Assembly: GCA_030390025.1 (NCBI GenBank)
Contig: JASTWF010000035.1
Span: 248,001-312,000, forward strand
Origin: Squalus acanthias
Lineage: Eukaryota
Direction: 5' to 3'
DNA: 64,000 bases
Numbering within the stretch: the first letter of the stretch is position 1; the number at the start of each line of letters is the position of its first letter. The position numbers and the translations under genes were made by a program. This document shows, piece by piece, positions 25,043 through 37,881 of this stretch. The notes beneath the pieces were generated by a model. The model did no database searches, was not told where the DNA came from, and worked only from the letters and a program-made list of their open reading frames with translations.

Positions 25043-26238
25043 AAGAGCATAAGAAATAGGAGCAGGAGTCGGCCATTCGGCCCTTCGAGCCTGCTCCGCC
25101 ATTCAATATGATCATGGCTGATCTTCGAGCTCAACTCCACTTTCCCGCCCGATCCCCATCTCCCTTGATTCCTTTTGTGTCTAGAAATCTATCTATCTCC
25201 TTCTTAAATATATTCAGTGACTTGACCTCCACAGCCTTCTGTGGTAGAGAATTCCACAGGTTCACCACCCTCTGAGTGAAGAAATTTCTCCTCATCTCAG
25301 TCCTAAATGTCCTACCCCGTATCCTGAGACTGTGACCCCTCGTTCTAGACCCCCCAGTCAGGGAAAACATCCTCCCTGCATCCAGTCTGTCTAGCCCTGT
25401 CAGAATTTTATACGTTTGCACGAGATCCCCTCTCATTCTTCTAAACTCTAGTGAATACAGGCCTAGTCGGCCCAATCTCTCCTCATACGACAGTCCTGCC
25501 ATCCCAGGAATCAGTCTGGTGAACCTTCGCTGCACTCCCTCTATGGCATGTATATCCTTTCTTAGGTAAGGAGACCAAAACTGCACACAGTACTCCAGGT
25601 GTGGTCTCACCAAGGCCCTGTATAAGTGTAGTAAGACATCCTTGCTCCTGTACTCAAATCCCCTTGCAATGAAGGCCAACATACCATTTGCCTTCCTAAC
25701 TGCTTGCTGCACCTGCATGTTTGCTTTCAGTGACTGGTGTACAAGGACACCCAGGTCCCTTTATACATCAATATTTCCCAATCTAACACCATTTAAATAA
25801 TACTCTGCCTTTCTGTTTTTCCTACCAAAGTGGATAACTTCACATTTATCCACGTTATACTGCATCTGCCATGTATTTGCCCACTCACTCAACTTGTCTA
25901 AATCGCCTTGAAGCCTCTTTGCATCCTCCTCACAACTCACAATCCCACCTAGTTTCGTGTCATCAGCAAACTTGGAAATATTACATTTGCTTCCCTCATC
26001 CAAATCATTGATATATATTGTGAATAGCTGGGGCCCAAGCACTGATCCCTGCGGTACCCCACTAGTCACCGCCTGCCACCCCGAAAAAGACCCATTTATT
26101 CCTACTCTCTGTTTCCTGTCTGTTAACCAATTTTCAATCCATGCCTGTATATATTACCCCCAATCCCATGTGCTTTAATTTTGCACACTAACCTCTTATG
26201 TGGGACTTTATCAAAGGCCTTCTGAAAATCCAAATATA
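25043..26238 (-). mobile_element. 5'-truncated CR1 (RT C-half + tail)
   Basis: GVPQGSVLGP, KFADDTKL, LYRALVRPHLEYC on the minus strand; tail at 25043. Confidence 0.92.
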
Positions 26239-26392
26239 CTCAATATGAATATACTCAACGACTGAGCATCTACAGCCCTCTGGGGTAGAGAATTCCAAAG
26301 ATTCACCACTCTCTGACTGAACAAATTTCTCCTCATCTGAATCCTAAATGTCCGACCCCTTATTCTGAGACCATGCCCCCTCATTCTAAGGG

Positions 26393-27672
26393 TGTAAGGG
26401 GTTTTTGTCTCGGGCTTATTTGTAGCTCAGCCAGTTATGTTTTCCTGGACTGTGCTGCCCGCTGTGCGGTTGCGAATCGCTATCCCCTTCCTAGTTCTGA
26501 GCCCAGGACTTATCGAGCGGCGATAATGACAAACGAACAGACCCGTGGATTGGTGCGAGGAAAACCAATGTTTATTTAACAGAGATGAAACATAACATGT
26601 CAATCTTAACTTCGGTATAAACGAGGGAAATGACAGGAGAACAATACCTCACCCCTCCCAACCCCACTTTACTAGCTAAGTTAGACTCTTGAGGACCAGG
26701 GATAATGCTCACCAAACGAATCCTTTGACAGTTGAGATATGGTTTCAAGTCCTTTTAAGTGAAAGTTTCATAAGGCCCTTGTGCCTCGAGGTGTTTGATG
26801 GTCACTGGAACCGTTGCTCTGGTTTCTTGCGTGTCGGTCTGTTTCTGGAGCTGCTGGCCTTCTTTGTTGAACGGTCTTGTTTCTCTTGAACTGTGTACTG
26901 GAGAACTCCTGTGATTCAGCTGTCCTGCTTGTGGCCTCTCTGTCTGGCTTGGACAGCTTGTTTTAAACTGCTAGGCTGCAAAACTGCTCGTCCCTGTGGA
27001 ACTCCTCTCTGTAGAACTCCCGCTTCTTCCAGCACAGGTCTCTGTAGCACTCCGGCTTGTAGAACTCGTCTCTGTAGAACTCCGGCTTGTTCCAGCACGG
27101 GTTTCAAGTTATACTCTTCGATTGTTCCTTATTTGCCCGCCAAATCTTCCCAGTGCTTTGTTTAACTCTGGTGGGCTCGTTAAGGTAGTTAACCTTAATG
27201 GCAGGAGATGGCCTTTAACGATATTAAATATTTGTTAAGTGGAGGATGATTGCTGGTCTGATGGTTGTTCATTTGTGTTGAGTACGTCTTTGTATAAATG
27301 CTAAACAGTTTGATGGGGCTGGAGACGGGTCGACCACCTGTCTGTAGAGGCCAGCCCCGCCTCCCTTGGCAGCCCCTGAGGTCTGTTTAAAAAATGTTTT
27401 AAAATGTCCCTGGTCCAATACACTCAATTGGTTTTAAAATGCCCAAAGCTCCTTTTTCTTAGGGTCTCTCTCTTTTCCTCCGAGTCTTTTGGGGGTCTGG
27501 GAATTTCGCAACTCTCTTACAGACCTGGGCATGTCACCTGGCCTGCTGTTTTTGCAGGGCCCTGGTTTCTGTTCAATGTTGCAGGCTTCTGCCATGAGGT
27601 CTAGAAGCCACTTTGTCCAGGGTACCCCTCATTAATAACTCTGGGGAATGTGGGAATTTTGAGAACCCTACA
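26393..27672 (-). mobile_element. Mosaic solo LTR of the loki-like ERV group (1280 bp)
   Basis: TSD AGGG; termini TGTAAGG / CCTACA; first ~185 bp near-identical to 43122-43305, middle similar to 13537-13715. Confidence 0.88.
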
Positions 27673-27673
27673 A

Positions 27674-28408
27674 GGGCTAGAAATTCGCCTCCTTTGCGCC
27701 TCCCATTAGCGCCTCTGGGGGACGATATCGGGGCACTACCGGCTTTGCGACCGGGCGCGGCTAGAGTACCGACGCCCGCGAAATTCCCGTTGAGGTTTGC
27801 AGCGGCGGTAACCCCTAGCGCCACGATCTCCTGCGCCCGGAGATCGTGACGTCATCGTGCTGTGCAGCGCCCCAGACCCGAAATTCAGTTCCTCCCCCTG
27901 CAGCATCTCCGGGCGATAACCCCGACAGCTGCAGGAGGCGTTGTCAGGGAGGTCGGCCGCTTGAGCTGCGGGATTTAAAAAGGATGATGGTTGCGTGAAA
28001 AAGAAATGTTCTTAATGCCTTACGTCCATTTTGTCAGCATTTTCTTCGGCCGTGATCGATCAGCCCTGCGCTCTGTTAGAGTGCTTGGGGCTGATCGTGT
28101 CGGATCGCGGCTGCCGTCGGTGACGAGGGACCTCGTTTCAATGCAGAGCCTCCAGTGATGGCCCTTCCCTTTAGAGGAGGGAAGGAGCCTTCGTTCCCGG
28201 CAGTGCTGCCCTCGACATTGGGCAGCACTGCAGCGCTACTGCCCCTCCTGCCGGCTTTAGTGTTCCAAGGGAAGTGGTAGCGCTTGATTTAGCTCCACTT
28301 CCTTCCTGGAGCGCTAACAGAGAATAAACTGGAAGCTCACAATCATTAGCGCCTGGCGCTAATTTTTCAAGATTTCAAAAGTTAGCGCTCCAAATGAATT
28401 TCTCCCCC
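27674..28408. mobile_element. Harbinger-like MITE whose left terminus was hit by the solo LTR
   Basis: TIR GGGCTAGAAATTC / GAATTTCTCCCCC; TAA flanks (26387-26389 / 28409-28411); CpG-rich interior. Confidence 0.65.
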
Positions 28409-28410
28409 TA

Positions 28411-29590
28411 AGAATCTTGTATGCTTCAATGAGATCACCTCTTCTTCTAAACCCCAGAGAGTATCGGCCCATTTTACACAATCTCTCATCATAGGACAGC
28501 CCTCTCATCCCAGGAATCAATCTAGTGAACCTTCGCTGCACCGCCTCCAAGGCAAGTATATCCTTCCTTAGATAAGGAGACCAGAACTGTGCACAGTACT
28601 CCAGGTGTGGTCTCACCAAGGCCCTGTACAATTGTAGCAAGACTTCCTTACTCTTATGCTCCAACCCCCTTGCAATAAAGACCAACATGCCATCTGCCTT
28701 CCTAATTGCTTGCTGTACCTGCATGCTAACTCTCTGTGATTCCTGTACGAGGACACCCAAATCTCTCTGAACACCAACATTTAATAGTTTCTCACCTTTT
28801 AAAAAAGATTCTGTTTTTCTATTCTTCCTACCAAAGTGAATAAGCTCACATTTCCCCACATTATATTCCATCTGCCACCTTATTGTCCACTCACTTAACC
28901 TGTCCATATCCCTTTGCAGGCTCTTTGCATCCTCCTCACAACTTTTTTTTTATTCCTGGGATGTGGGCGTCGCTGATTACTGTCCCACCAGCTTTATATC
29001 ATCAGCAAACTTGGATATATTACACTTGGTCCCTTCATCTAAGCCATTGATATAGATTGTAAATAGCTGAGGCCCCAGCTCTGATCCTTGCGGCACCCCA
29101 CTAGTTACAATCTGTCACCCCAAAGTGACCCATTTATCCCAACTCTCTGTTTTCTGTCCGTTAACCAATCCTCAATCCATGCTAACCTATTACCCCAACC
29201 CCATGAGCCCTAATCTTGTGCAACAACCTCCTGTGTGGCACCTTATCAAATGCTTTTTGAAAATCCAAATATACTACATCCACTGGTTTCCCCTGATCTA
29301 CCCTGCTCGTTACATCCTCAAAACTTGTTGTTTGATATAAATACAACAACTTGGATTTATATAAAACTCTAACAGGTTTGGCGAACATGATTTCCCTTTC
29401 ATAAATCCGTGTTGACTCTACCCAATCCTATTATTATTTTCTAAGTGCCCTGTTACCATGTCCCTAATAATAGATTCCAGCATTTTCCCTACTACTGATG
29501 TCAGGCTAACTGGGCTGTAGTTCCCTGTTTTCTCTCTCCCTCCTTTCTTGAACAGCAGGGTGACATTTGCTACCTTCCAATCCGCAGGGA
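28411..29590 (-). mobile_element. CR1 ORF2 RT fragment
   Basis: DVVYLDFQKAFDKVPH, LYRALVRPHLEYC on the minus strand. Confidence 0.9.
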
Positions 29591-29674
29591 GGGATTGTTT
29601 TGAAATAAGGAGTTGTGTTTGGAATTCCGCCCCCTGCTGGACTCGTGCCTAAAGCCTTTTCTGTACACTGGCAG

Positions 29675-29784
29675 GTGTGACGGTCAATGCTGTTCATCCG
29701 GGAGTGGTGATGACGGAGGTGACGAGGAATTACAATCTGTGCTCAAGAGTGATCGTCAAACTGATTGGAATCTTCTTCTTCAAG
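29675..29784 (+). CDS. RDH-like SDR gene, exon with VHPG motif; terminal exon(s) not found in the window
   Basis: gcag acceptor, AAG|GTCAGT donor. Translates (G)VTVNAVHPGVVMTEVTRNYNLCSRVIVKLIGIFFFK. Confidence 0.92.
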
Positions 29785-29877
29785 GTCAGTGCCCACGAGA
29801 GGCATCAGTCACATGCCCGCCTCGATGCCAAGGGCAACTCTGAGTGCCTGGTGATTCTCAGTGTGCCTGGCTCGGAT

Positions 29878-30205
29878 AAAGAAAGGAGGAACTTGGATTT
29901 ATGTGGCACCTTGCACGACCTCAGGACGTCCCGAAGCACTTTACTATTGAAGTGTAGTCACGGTTGTAATGAGGGAATTTGCACACAGCAAGCCCCCACA
30001 AACAGCAACGTGATAATGACCAAATTAGTTCTTTCTTACTGATGTTGGTTGAGGGATAATTATTGGCCAGAACACCAGTGCGAACTCCCCTGCTCTGCTT
30101 TGATTAGTGCCACGGGAGCTTTGACATGCAGCTGAGAGAGCAGACGGGGACTCTGTAAAATGTCTCATTTGAAAGATGGCACCTCCGACGGTGCAGCGCT
30201 CCCTC
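29878..30205 (-). mobile_element. Deu-domain SINE fragment (SacSINE1/AmnSINE1-like)
   Basis: gaagtgtagtcac...gcacacagcaagcccccacaaacagcaa...gataatgacc...tattggccag...tctcatttgaaagatggcacctccgac; homologous to 46540-46705. Family name is from recollection. Confidence 0.7.
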
Positions 30206-30630
30206 TCTACTGCCCCTCCGAAACTGCAGCGCTCCCTCAGTACTGCCCCTCTGACAGTGCAGCGCTCCCTCTCTACTGCCCCTCCGAAACTGCAGCGCTC
30301 CCTCAGTACTGCCCCTCTGACAGTTCAGCGCTCCCTCTCTACTGCCCCTCTGACACTGCAGCGCTCCCTCAGTACTGCCCCTCTGACACTGCAGCGCTCC
30401 CTCAGTACTGCCCCTCTGACAGTGCAGCTCTCCCTCAGTACTGCCCCTCTGACACAGCAGCGCTCCCTCTCTACTGCCCCTCCGACAGTGCAGCGCTCCC
30501 TCTCTACTACCCCTCCGACAGTGCGGCGCTCCCTCGCTACTGCCCCTCCAACAGTGCAGCACTCCCTCAGTACTGCCCCTCTGACACAGCAGCGCTCCCT
30601 CTCTACTGCCCCTCCAACAGTGCAGCTCTC
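30185..30630. repeat. 33-bp tandem repeat (CAGTGCAGCGCTCCCTCAGTACTGCCCCTCTGA)n grown out of the SINE
   Basis: About 13 copies; 11-aa periodicity in the ORF track. Confidence 0.95.
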
Positions 30631-33600
30631 CCTTCACTGTACACCTCTCCCTTCACTGTACTCCTCTCCCTTCACTGTACACCTCCCCTTCACTGTACTC
30701 CTCTCCCTTCACTGTACACCTCTCCCTTCACTGTACTCCTCTCCCTTCACTGTACACCTCTCCCTTCACTGTACTCCTCACCCTTCACTGTACACCTCTC
30801 CCTTCACTGTACTCCTCTCCCTTTACTGTACACCTCTCCCTTCACTGTACACCTCTCCCTTCACTGTACTCCTCTCCCTTCACTGTACACCTCTCCCTTC
30901 ACTGTAAACCTCCCCCTTCACTGTACTCCTCTCCCTTCACTGTACACCTCTCCCTTCACTGTACTCCTCTCCCTTCACTGTACACCTCTCCCTTCACTGT
31001 ACACCTCTCCCTTCACTGTACTCCTCTCCCTTCACTGTACTCCTCCTCCTCTCCCTCACTAGTACTCCTCTCCCTTCACTGTACTCCTCTCCCTTCACTG
31101 TACTCCTCTCCCTTCACTGTACTCCGCTCCGTCACTGTACTCCTCTCCGCTCCCTGTACACCTCTCTGCTCCCTGTATACCTATCCGCTCCCTGTATATC
31201 TCTCCCTTCACTGTACTCCTCTCCCTTCACTGTAAACCTTACCCTTCACTGTACACCTCTCCCTTCACTGTACACCTCTCCCTTCACTGTACTCCTCTCC
31301 TTCACTGTACACCTCTCCCTTCACTGAACACCTCTCCCTTCACTGTCCTTCACTGTACACCTCTCCCTTCACTGAACACCTCTCCCTTCACTGTACACCT
31401 CTCCCTTCACTGTACTCCTCTCCCTTCACTGTACTCCTCACCCTTCACTGTACACCTCTCCCTTCACTGTACTCCTCTCCCTTCACTGTACACCTCTCCC
31501 TTCACTGTACACTTCACCATTCACTGTACACCTCTGCCTTCACTGTACTCCTCTCCCTTCACTTTAAACCTTACCCTTCACTGTACACCTCTCCCTTCAC
31601 TGTACTCCTCGCCCTTCACTGTACTCCTCTCCCTTCACTGTACACCTCTCCCTTCACTGTACTACTCTCCCTTCACTGTACACCTCTCCCTTCACTGTAC
31701 TCCTCTCCCTTCACTGTACTCCTCACCCTTCACTGTACACCTCTCCCTTCACTGTACTCCTCTCCCTTCACTGTACACCTCTCCCTTCACTGTACACTTC
31801 ACCATTCACTGTACACCTCTCCCTTCACTGTACACCTCTCACTTCACTGTACTCCTCTCCCTTCACTGTACACCTCTCCCTTCACTGCACACTTCACCCT
31901 TCACTGTACACCTCTCCCTTCACTGTCCACCTCTCCCTTCACTTTACACCTCTCCCTTCACTGTACCCCTCTCCCTTCACTGTACACTTCACCCTTCACT
32001 CTACACCTCTCCCTTCACGGTACACCCCTCCCTTCACTGTACACCTCTCCCTTCACTGTACACCTCTCCCTTCACTGTACACCTCTCTCTTCACTGTACA
32101 CCTCTCTCTTCAATGTACTCCTCTCCCTTCACTGTACTCCTCTCCCTTCACTGTACACCTCTCCCTTCACTGTACATTTCACCCTTCACTGTACACCTCT
32201 CCCTTCACTGTACACCTCTCCCTTCACTGCACACCTCTCCCTTCACTGTACACCTCTCCCTTCAATGTACACTTCACCCTTCACTGTACACCTCTCCCTT
32301 CACTGTACACATCTCCCTTCACTGTACTCCTCCCCCTTCACTCTACTACTCTCCCTTCAATGTACTCCTCTCCCTTCACTGTACACCTCTCCCTTCACTG
32401 TACACCTCTCCCTTCACTGTACACTTCACTCTTCACTGTACACCTCTCCCTTCACTGTACACCTCTCCCTTCACTGTACACCTCTCATTTCACTGTACAC
32501 CTCTCCCTTCACTGTACACATCTCCCTTCACTGTACTCCTCTCCCTTCACTGTACACATCTCCCTTCGCTGTACACATCTCCCTTCGCTGTACACCTCTC
32601 CCTTCACTGTACACCTCCCCCTTCACTGTACTCCTCTCCCTTCACTGTACACCTCTCCCTTCACTGCACTCCTCTCCCTTCACTGTACACCTCCCTCTTC
32701 AGTGTACTCCTCTCCCTTCACTGTACACCTCTCCCTTCACTGTACTCCTCTCCCTTCACTGTACACCTCTCCCTTCACTGTACTCCTCACCCTTCACTGT
32801 ACACCTCTCCCTTCACTGTACTCCTCTTCGTCACTGTATCCTCTCCGCTCCCTGTACACCTCTCTGCTCCCTGTACACCTATCCGCTCCCTGTATATCTC
32901 TCCCTTCACTGTACACCTCTCAATTCACTGTACTCCTCTCCCTTCACTGTACACCTCTCCCTTCACTGTACACGTCTCCCTTCACTGTACACCTCTCCCT
33001 TCACTGTACTCCTCTCCCTTCACTGTACTCCTCACCCTTCACTGTACTCCTCTCCCTTCACTGTACTCCTCTCCCTTCACTGTACTCCTCGCCCTTCACT
33101 GTACACCTCTCCCTTCACTGTACTCCTCTCCCTTCACTGTACACCTCTCCCTTCACTGTACACTTCATCATTCACCGTACACCTCTCCCTTCACTGTACA
33201 CCTCTCACTTCACTGTACTCCTCTCCCTTCACTGTACACCTCTCCCTTCACTGCACACTTCACCCTTCACTGTACACCCCTCCCTTCACTGTCCACCTCT
33301 CCCTTCACTGTACACCTCTCCTTTCACTGTACTCCTCTCCCTTCACTTTACACCTCTCCCTTCAATGTACCCCTCTCCCTTCACTGTACACTTCATCCTT
33401 CACTGTACACCTCTCCCTTCACGGTACACCCCTCCCTTCACTGTACACCTCTCCCTTCACTGTACACCTCTCCCTTCACTGTACACCTCTCTCTTCACTG
33501 TACACCTCTCTCTTCAATGTAATCCTCTCCCTTCACTGTACTCCTCTCCCTTCACTGTACACCTCTCCCTTCACTGTACACTTCACCCTTCACTGTACAC

Positions 33601-36600
33601 CTCTCCCTTCACTGTACACATCTCCCTTCACTGTACTCCTCCCCCTTCACTCTACTCCTCTCCCTTCAAAGTACTCCTCTCCCTTCACTGTACACCTCTC
33701 CCTTCACTGTACACCTCTCCCTTCACTGTACACTTCACCCTTCACTGTACACCTCTCCCTTCACTGTACTCCTCTCCCTTCACTGTACACCTCTCCCTTC
33801 ACTGTAAATCTCCCCCTTCACTGTACTCCTCTCCCTTCACTGTACACCTCTCCCTTCACTGTACTCCTCTCCCTTCACTGTACACCTCTCCCTTCACTGT
33901 ACTCCTCACCCTTCACTGTACACCTCTCCCTTCACTGTACTCCTCTCCCTTCACTGTACCCCGCTCCGTCACTGTACTCCTCTCCGCTCCCTGTACACCT
34001 CTCTGCTCCCTGTATATCTCTCCCTTCACTGTACACCTCTCCCTTCACTGTACTCCTCTCCCTTCACTGTAAACCTTACCCTTCACTGTACACCTCTCCC
34101 TTCACTGTACACCTCTCCCTTCACTGTACTCCTCTCCCTTCACTGTACACCTCTCCCTTCACTGAACACCTCTCCCTTCACTGTACACCTCTCCCTTCAC
34201 TGTACTCCTCTCCCTTCACTGTACTCCTCACCCTTCACTGTACACCTCTCCCTTCACTGTACTCCTCTCCCTTCACTGTACACCTCTCCCTTCACTGTAC
34301 ACTTCACCATTCACTGTACACCTCTGCCTTCACTGTACTCCTCTCCCTTCACTTTAAACCTTACCCTTCACTGTACACCTCTCCCTTCACTGTACTCCTC
34401 GCCCTTCACTGTACTCCTCTCCCTTCACTGTACACCTCTCCCTTCACTGTACTACTCTCCCTTCACTGTACACCTCTCCCTTCACTGTACACTTCACCAT
34501 TCACTGTACACCTCTCCCTTCACTGTACACCTCTCACTTCACTGTACTCCTCTCCCTTCACTGTACACCTCTACCTTCACTGCACACTTCACCCTTCACT
34601 GTACACCTCTCCCTTCACTGTCCACCTCTCCCTTCACTTTACACCTCTCCCTTCACTGTACCCCTCTCCCTTCACTGTACACTTCACCCTTCACTGTACA
34701 CCTCTCCCTTCACGGTACATCCCTCCCTTCACTGTACACCTCTCCCTTCACTGTACACCTCTCCCTTCACTGTACACCTCTCTCTTCACTGTACACCTCT
34801 CTCTTCAATGTACTCCTCTCCCTTCACTGTACTCCTCTCCCTTCACTGTACACCTCTCCCTTCACTGTACATTTCACCCTTCACTGTACACCTCTCCCTT
34901 CACTGTACACCTCTCCCTTCACTGCACACCTCTCCCTTCACTGTACACCTCTCCCTTCAATGTACACTTCACCCTTCACTGTACACCTATCCCTTCACTG
35001 TACACATCTCCCTTCACTGTACTCCTCCCCCTTCACTCTACTACTCTCCCTTCAATGTACTCCTCTCCCTTCACTGTACACCTCTCCCTTCACTGTACAC
35101 CTCTCCCTTCACTGTACACTTCACTCTTCACTGTACACCTCTCCCTTCACTGTACACCTCTCCCTTCACTGTACACCTCTCATTTCACTGTACACCTCTC
35201 CCTTCACTGTACACATCTCCCTTCACTGTACTCCTCTCCCTTCACTGTACACATCTCCCTTCGCTGTACACATCTCCCTTCGCTGTACACCTCTCCCTTC
35301 ACTGTACACCTCCCCCTTCACTGTACTCCTCTCCCTTCACTGTACACCTCTCCCTTCACTGCACTCCTCTCCCTTCACTGTACACCTCCCTCTTCAGTGT
35401 ACTCCTCTCCCTTCACTGTACACCTCTCCCTTCACTGTACTCCTCTCCCTTCACTGTACACCTCTCCCTTCACTGTACTCCTCACCCTTCACTGTACACC
35501 TCTCCCTTCACTGTACTCCTCTTCGTCACTGTATCCTCTCCGCTCCCTGTACACCTCTCTGCTCCCTGTACACCTATCCGCTCCCTGTATATCTCTCCCT
35601 TCACTGTACACCTCTCAATTCACTGTACTCCTCTCCCTTCACTGTACACCTCTCCCTTCACTGTACACCTCTCCCTTCACTGTACACCTCTCCCTTCACT
35701 GTACTCCTCTCCCTTCACTGTACTCCTCACCCTTCACTGTACTCCTCTCCCTTCACTGTACTCCTCTCCCTTCACTGTACTCCTCGCCCTTCACTGTACA
35801 CCTCTCCCTTCACTGTACTCCTCTCCCTTCACTGTACACCTCTCCCTTCACTGTACACTTCATCATTCACCGTACACCTCTCCCTTCACTGTACACCTCT
35901 CACTTCACTGTACTCCTCTCCCTTCACTGTACACCTCTCCCTTCACTGCACACTTCACCCTTCACTGTACACCCCTCCCTTCACTGTCCACCTCTCCCTT
36001 CACTGTACACCTCTCCCTTCACTGTACTCCTCTCCCTTCACTTTACACCTCTCCCTTCACTGTACCCCTCTCCCTTCAATGTACACTTCATCCTTCACTG
36101 TACACCTCTCCCTTCACGGTACACCCCTCCCTTCACTGTACACCTCTCCCTTCACTGTACACCTCTCCCTTCACTGTACACCTCTCTCTTCACTGTACAC
36201 CTCTCTCTTCAATGTAATCCTCTCCCTTCACTGTACTCCTCTCCCTTCACTGTACACCTCTCCCTTCACTGTACACTTCACCCTTCACTGTACACCTCTC
36301 CCTTCACTGTACACATCTCCCTTCACTGTACTCCTCCCCCTTCACTCTACTCCTCTCCCTTCAAAGTACTCCTCTCCCTTCACTGTACACCTCTCCCTTC
36401 ACTGTACACCTCTCCCTTCACTGTACACTTCACCCTTCACTGTACACCTCTCCCTTCACTGTACACATCTCCCTTCACTGTACTCCTCCCCCTTCACTCT
36501 ACTCCTCTTCCTTCAATGTACTCCTCTCCCTTCACTGTACACCTCTCCCTTCACTTTACACCTCTCCCTTCACTGTACACCTCTCCCTTCACTGTACACC

Positions 36601-37271
36601 TCTCATTTCACTGTACACCTCTCCCTTCACTGTACACATCTCGCTTCACTGTACTCCTCTCCCTTCACTGTACACATCTCCCTTCGCTGTACACCTCTCC
36701 CTTCACTGTACACCTCTCACTTCACTGTACTCCTCTCCGCTGTCTGTACACCTCTCCCTTCACTGTACACCTCTACCTTCACTGTACACCTCTCCCTTCA
36801 CTGTACACCTCTCATTTCACTGTACACCTCTCCCTTCACTGTACACATCTCGCTTCACTGTACTCCTCTCCCTTCACTGTACACATCTCCCTTCGCTGTA
36901 CACCTCTCCCTTCACTGTACACCTCTCACTTCACTGTACTCCTCTCCCTTCACTGTACACCTCTCCCTTCATTGTACACTTCACCATTCACTGTACACGT
37001 CTCCCTTCACTGTACTCCTCTCCCTTCACTGTACTCCTCTCCCTTCACTGTACACCTCACCCTTCACTGTACACCTATCCCTTCACTGTACACCCCTCCC
37101 TTCACTGCACACCTCTCTCTTCACTGTACACCTCCCCCTTCAGTGTACTCCTCTCCCTTCACTGTACACCTCTCCCTTCACTGTACTCCTCTCCCTTCAC
37201 TGTACACCTCTCCCTTCACTGTACTCCTCACCCTTCACTGTACACCTCTCCCTTCACTGTACTCCTCTCCC
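30631..37271. repeat. 19-bp minisatellite (CTTCACTGTACACCTCTCC)n, 6.6 kb, with a ~2.7-kb higher-order duplication
   Basis: Visible units; ORFs at 32113/34808 and 32265/34960 repeat at a 2695-bp offset. Confidence 0.98.
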
Positions 37272-37674
37272 TCCTTTCCCATTCTACCCTGGGGTTCCCC
37301 ATGTCTTTGCTTAATTTTCTGAGCCACCACCACCTATCCAGGGGAATGTTGCCCTTACATGATAAACAAATCCTTTTGCGCACGGTGACGCTGATCCTTG
37401 GGGTGACGATCCGTATCCTCGGGCACTGGAGGGAGGCCTCCCCATATGTAAAACCGGTCTGGCTCGAGTACTGGGTCGAGTTTGACCCCAGCCATCCAGG
37501 CCAGCTCCCCTCGTGAGTATACGAGGCAATTTCATCCGCCTCGCGTAGGCCACTTCCATCGTGGGCTAGGGGCGCCGTCCTTCCGGAGCATCCGAAGATG
37601 CGGTGGTCCTCGGTGTCGCCCCTTCTCACGAGGCTCAGCCCAGACAGGGCGAGCAAGATCAGGCCTCCGAACAT
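37272..37674 (-). CDS. Truncated post-pol ORF with signal peptide and possible Ig-like strands (env N-terminus or accessory protein)
   Basis: Splice acceptor TTCTTTATTTTTTTCAG ends at 37691, 16 nt before the ATG at 37674; MFGGLILLALSGLSLV signal-like start; cut off by the 19-bp array. Confidence 0.55.
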
Positions 37675-37881
37675 TTCCCCTTTTAATTGCCTGAAAAAAA
37701 TAAAGAACATCTAGCCAGGCTCCCTATAGGCTCCTTGGCTGGGGTGAAGTGTGAGCGGGTCCCTCGACCTCAGCTCACATGGACAAACACACATACACTG
37801 GAACGGTTCCATCTTAAAACTGCTACACGGTTCCACACCTTAAAATCAAACTCAACAATCTAACTTAAAACTACAAACTTC

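Noticed and set aside
30160..37322. ORFs up to 1685 aa (SLHCTPLPSLYTSPFTV...)
   Set aside because: Artefact of a 19-bp unit cycling through three stop-poor frames.
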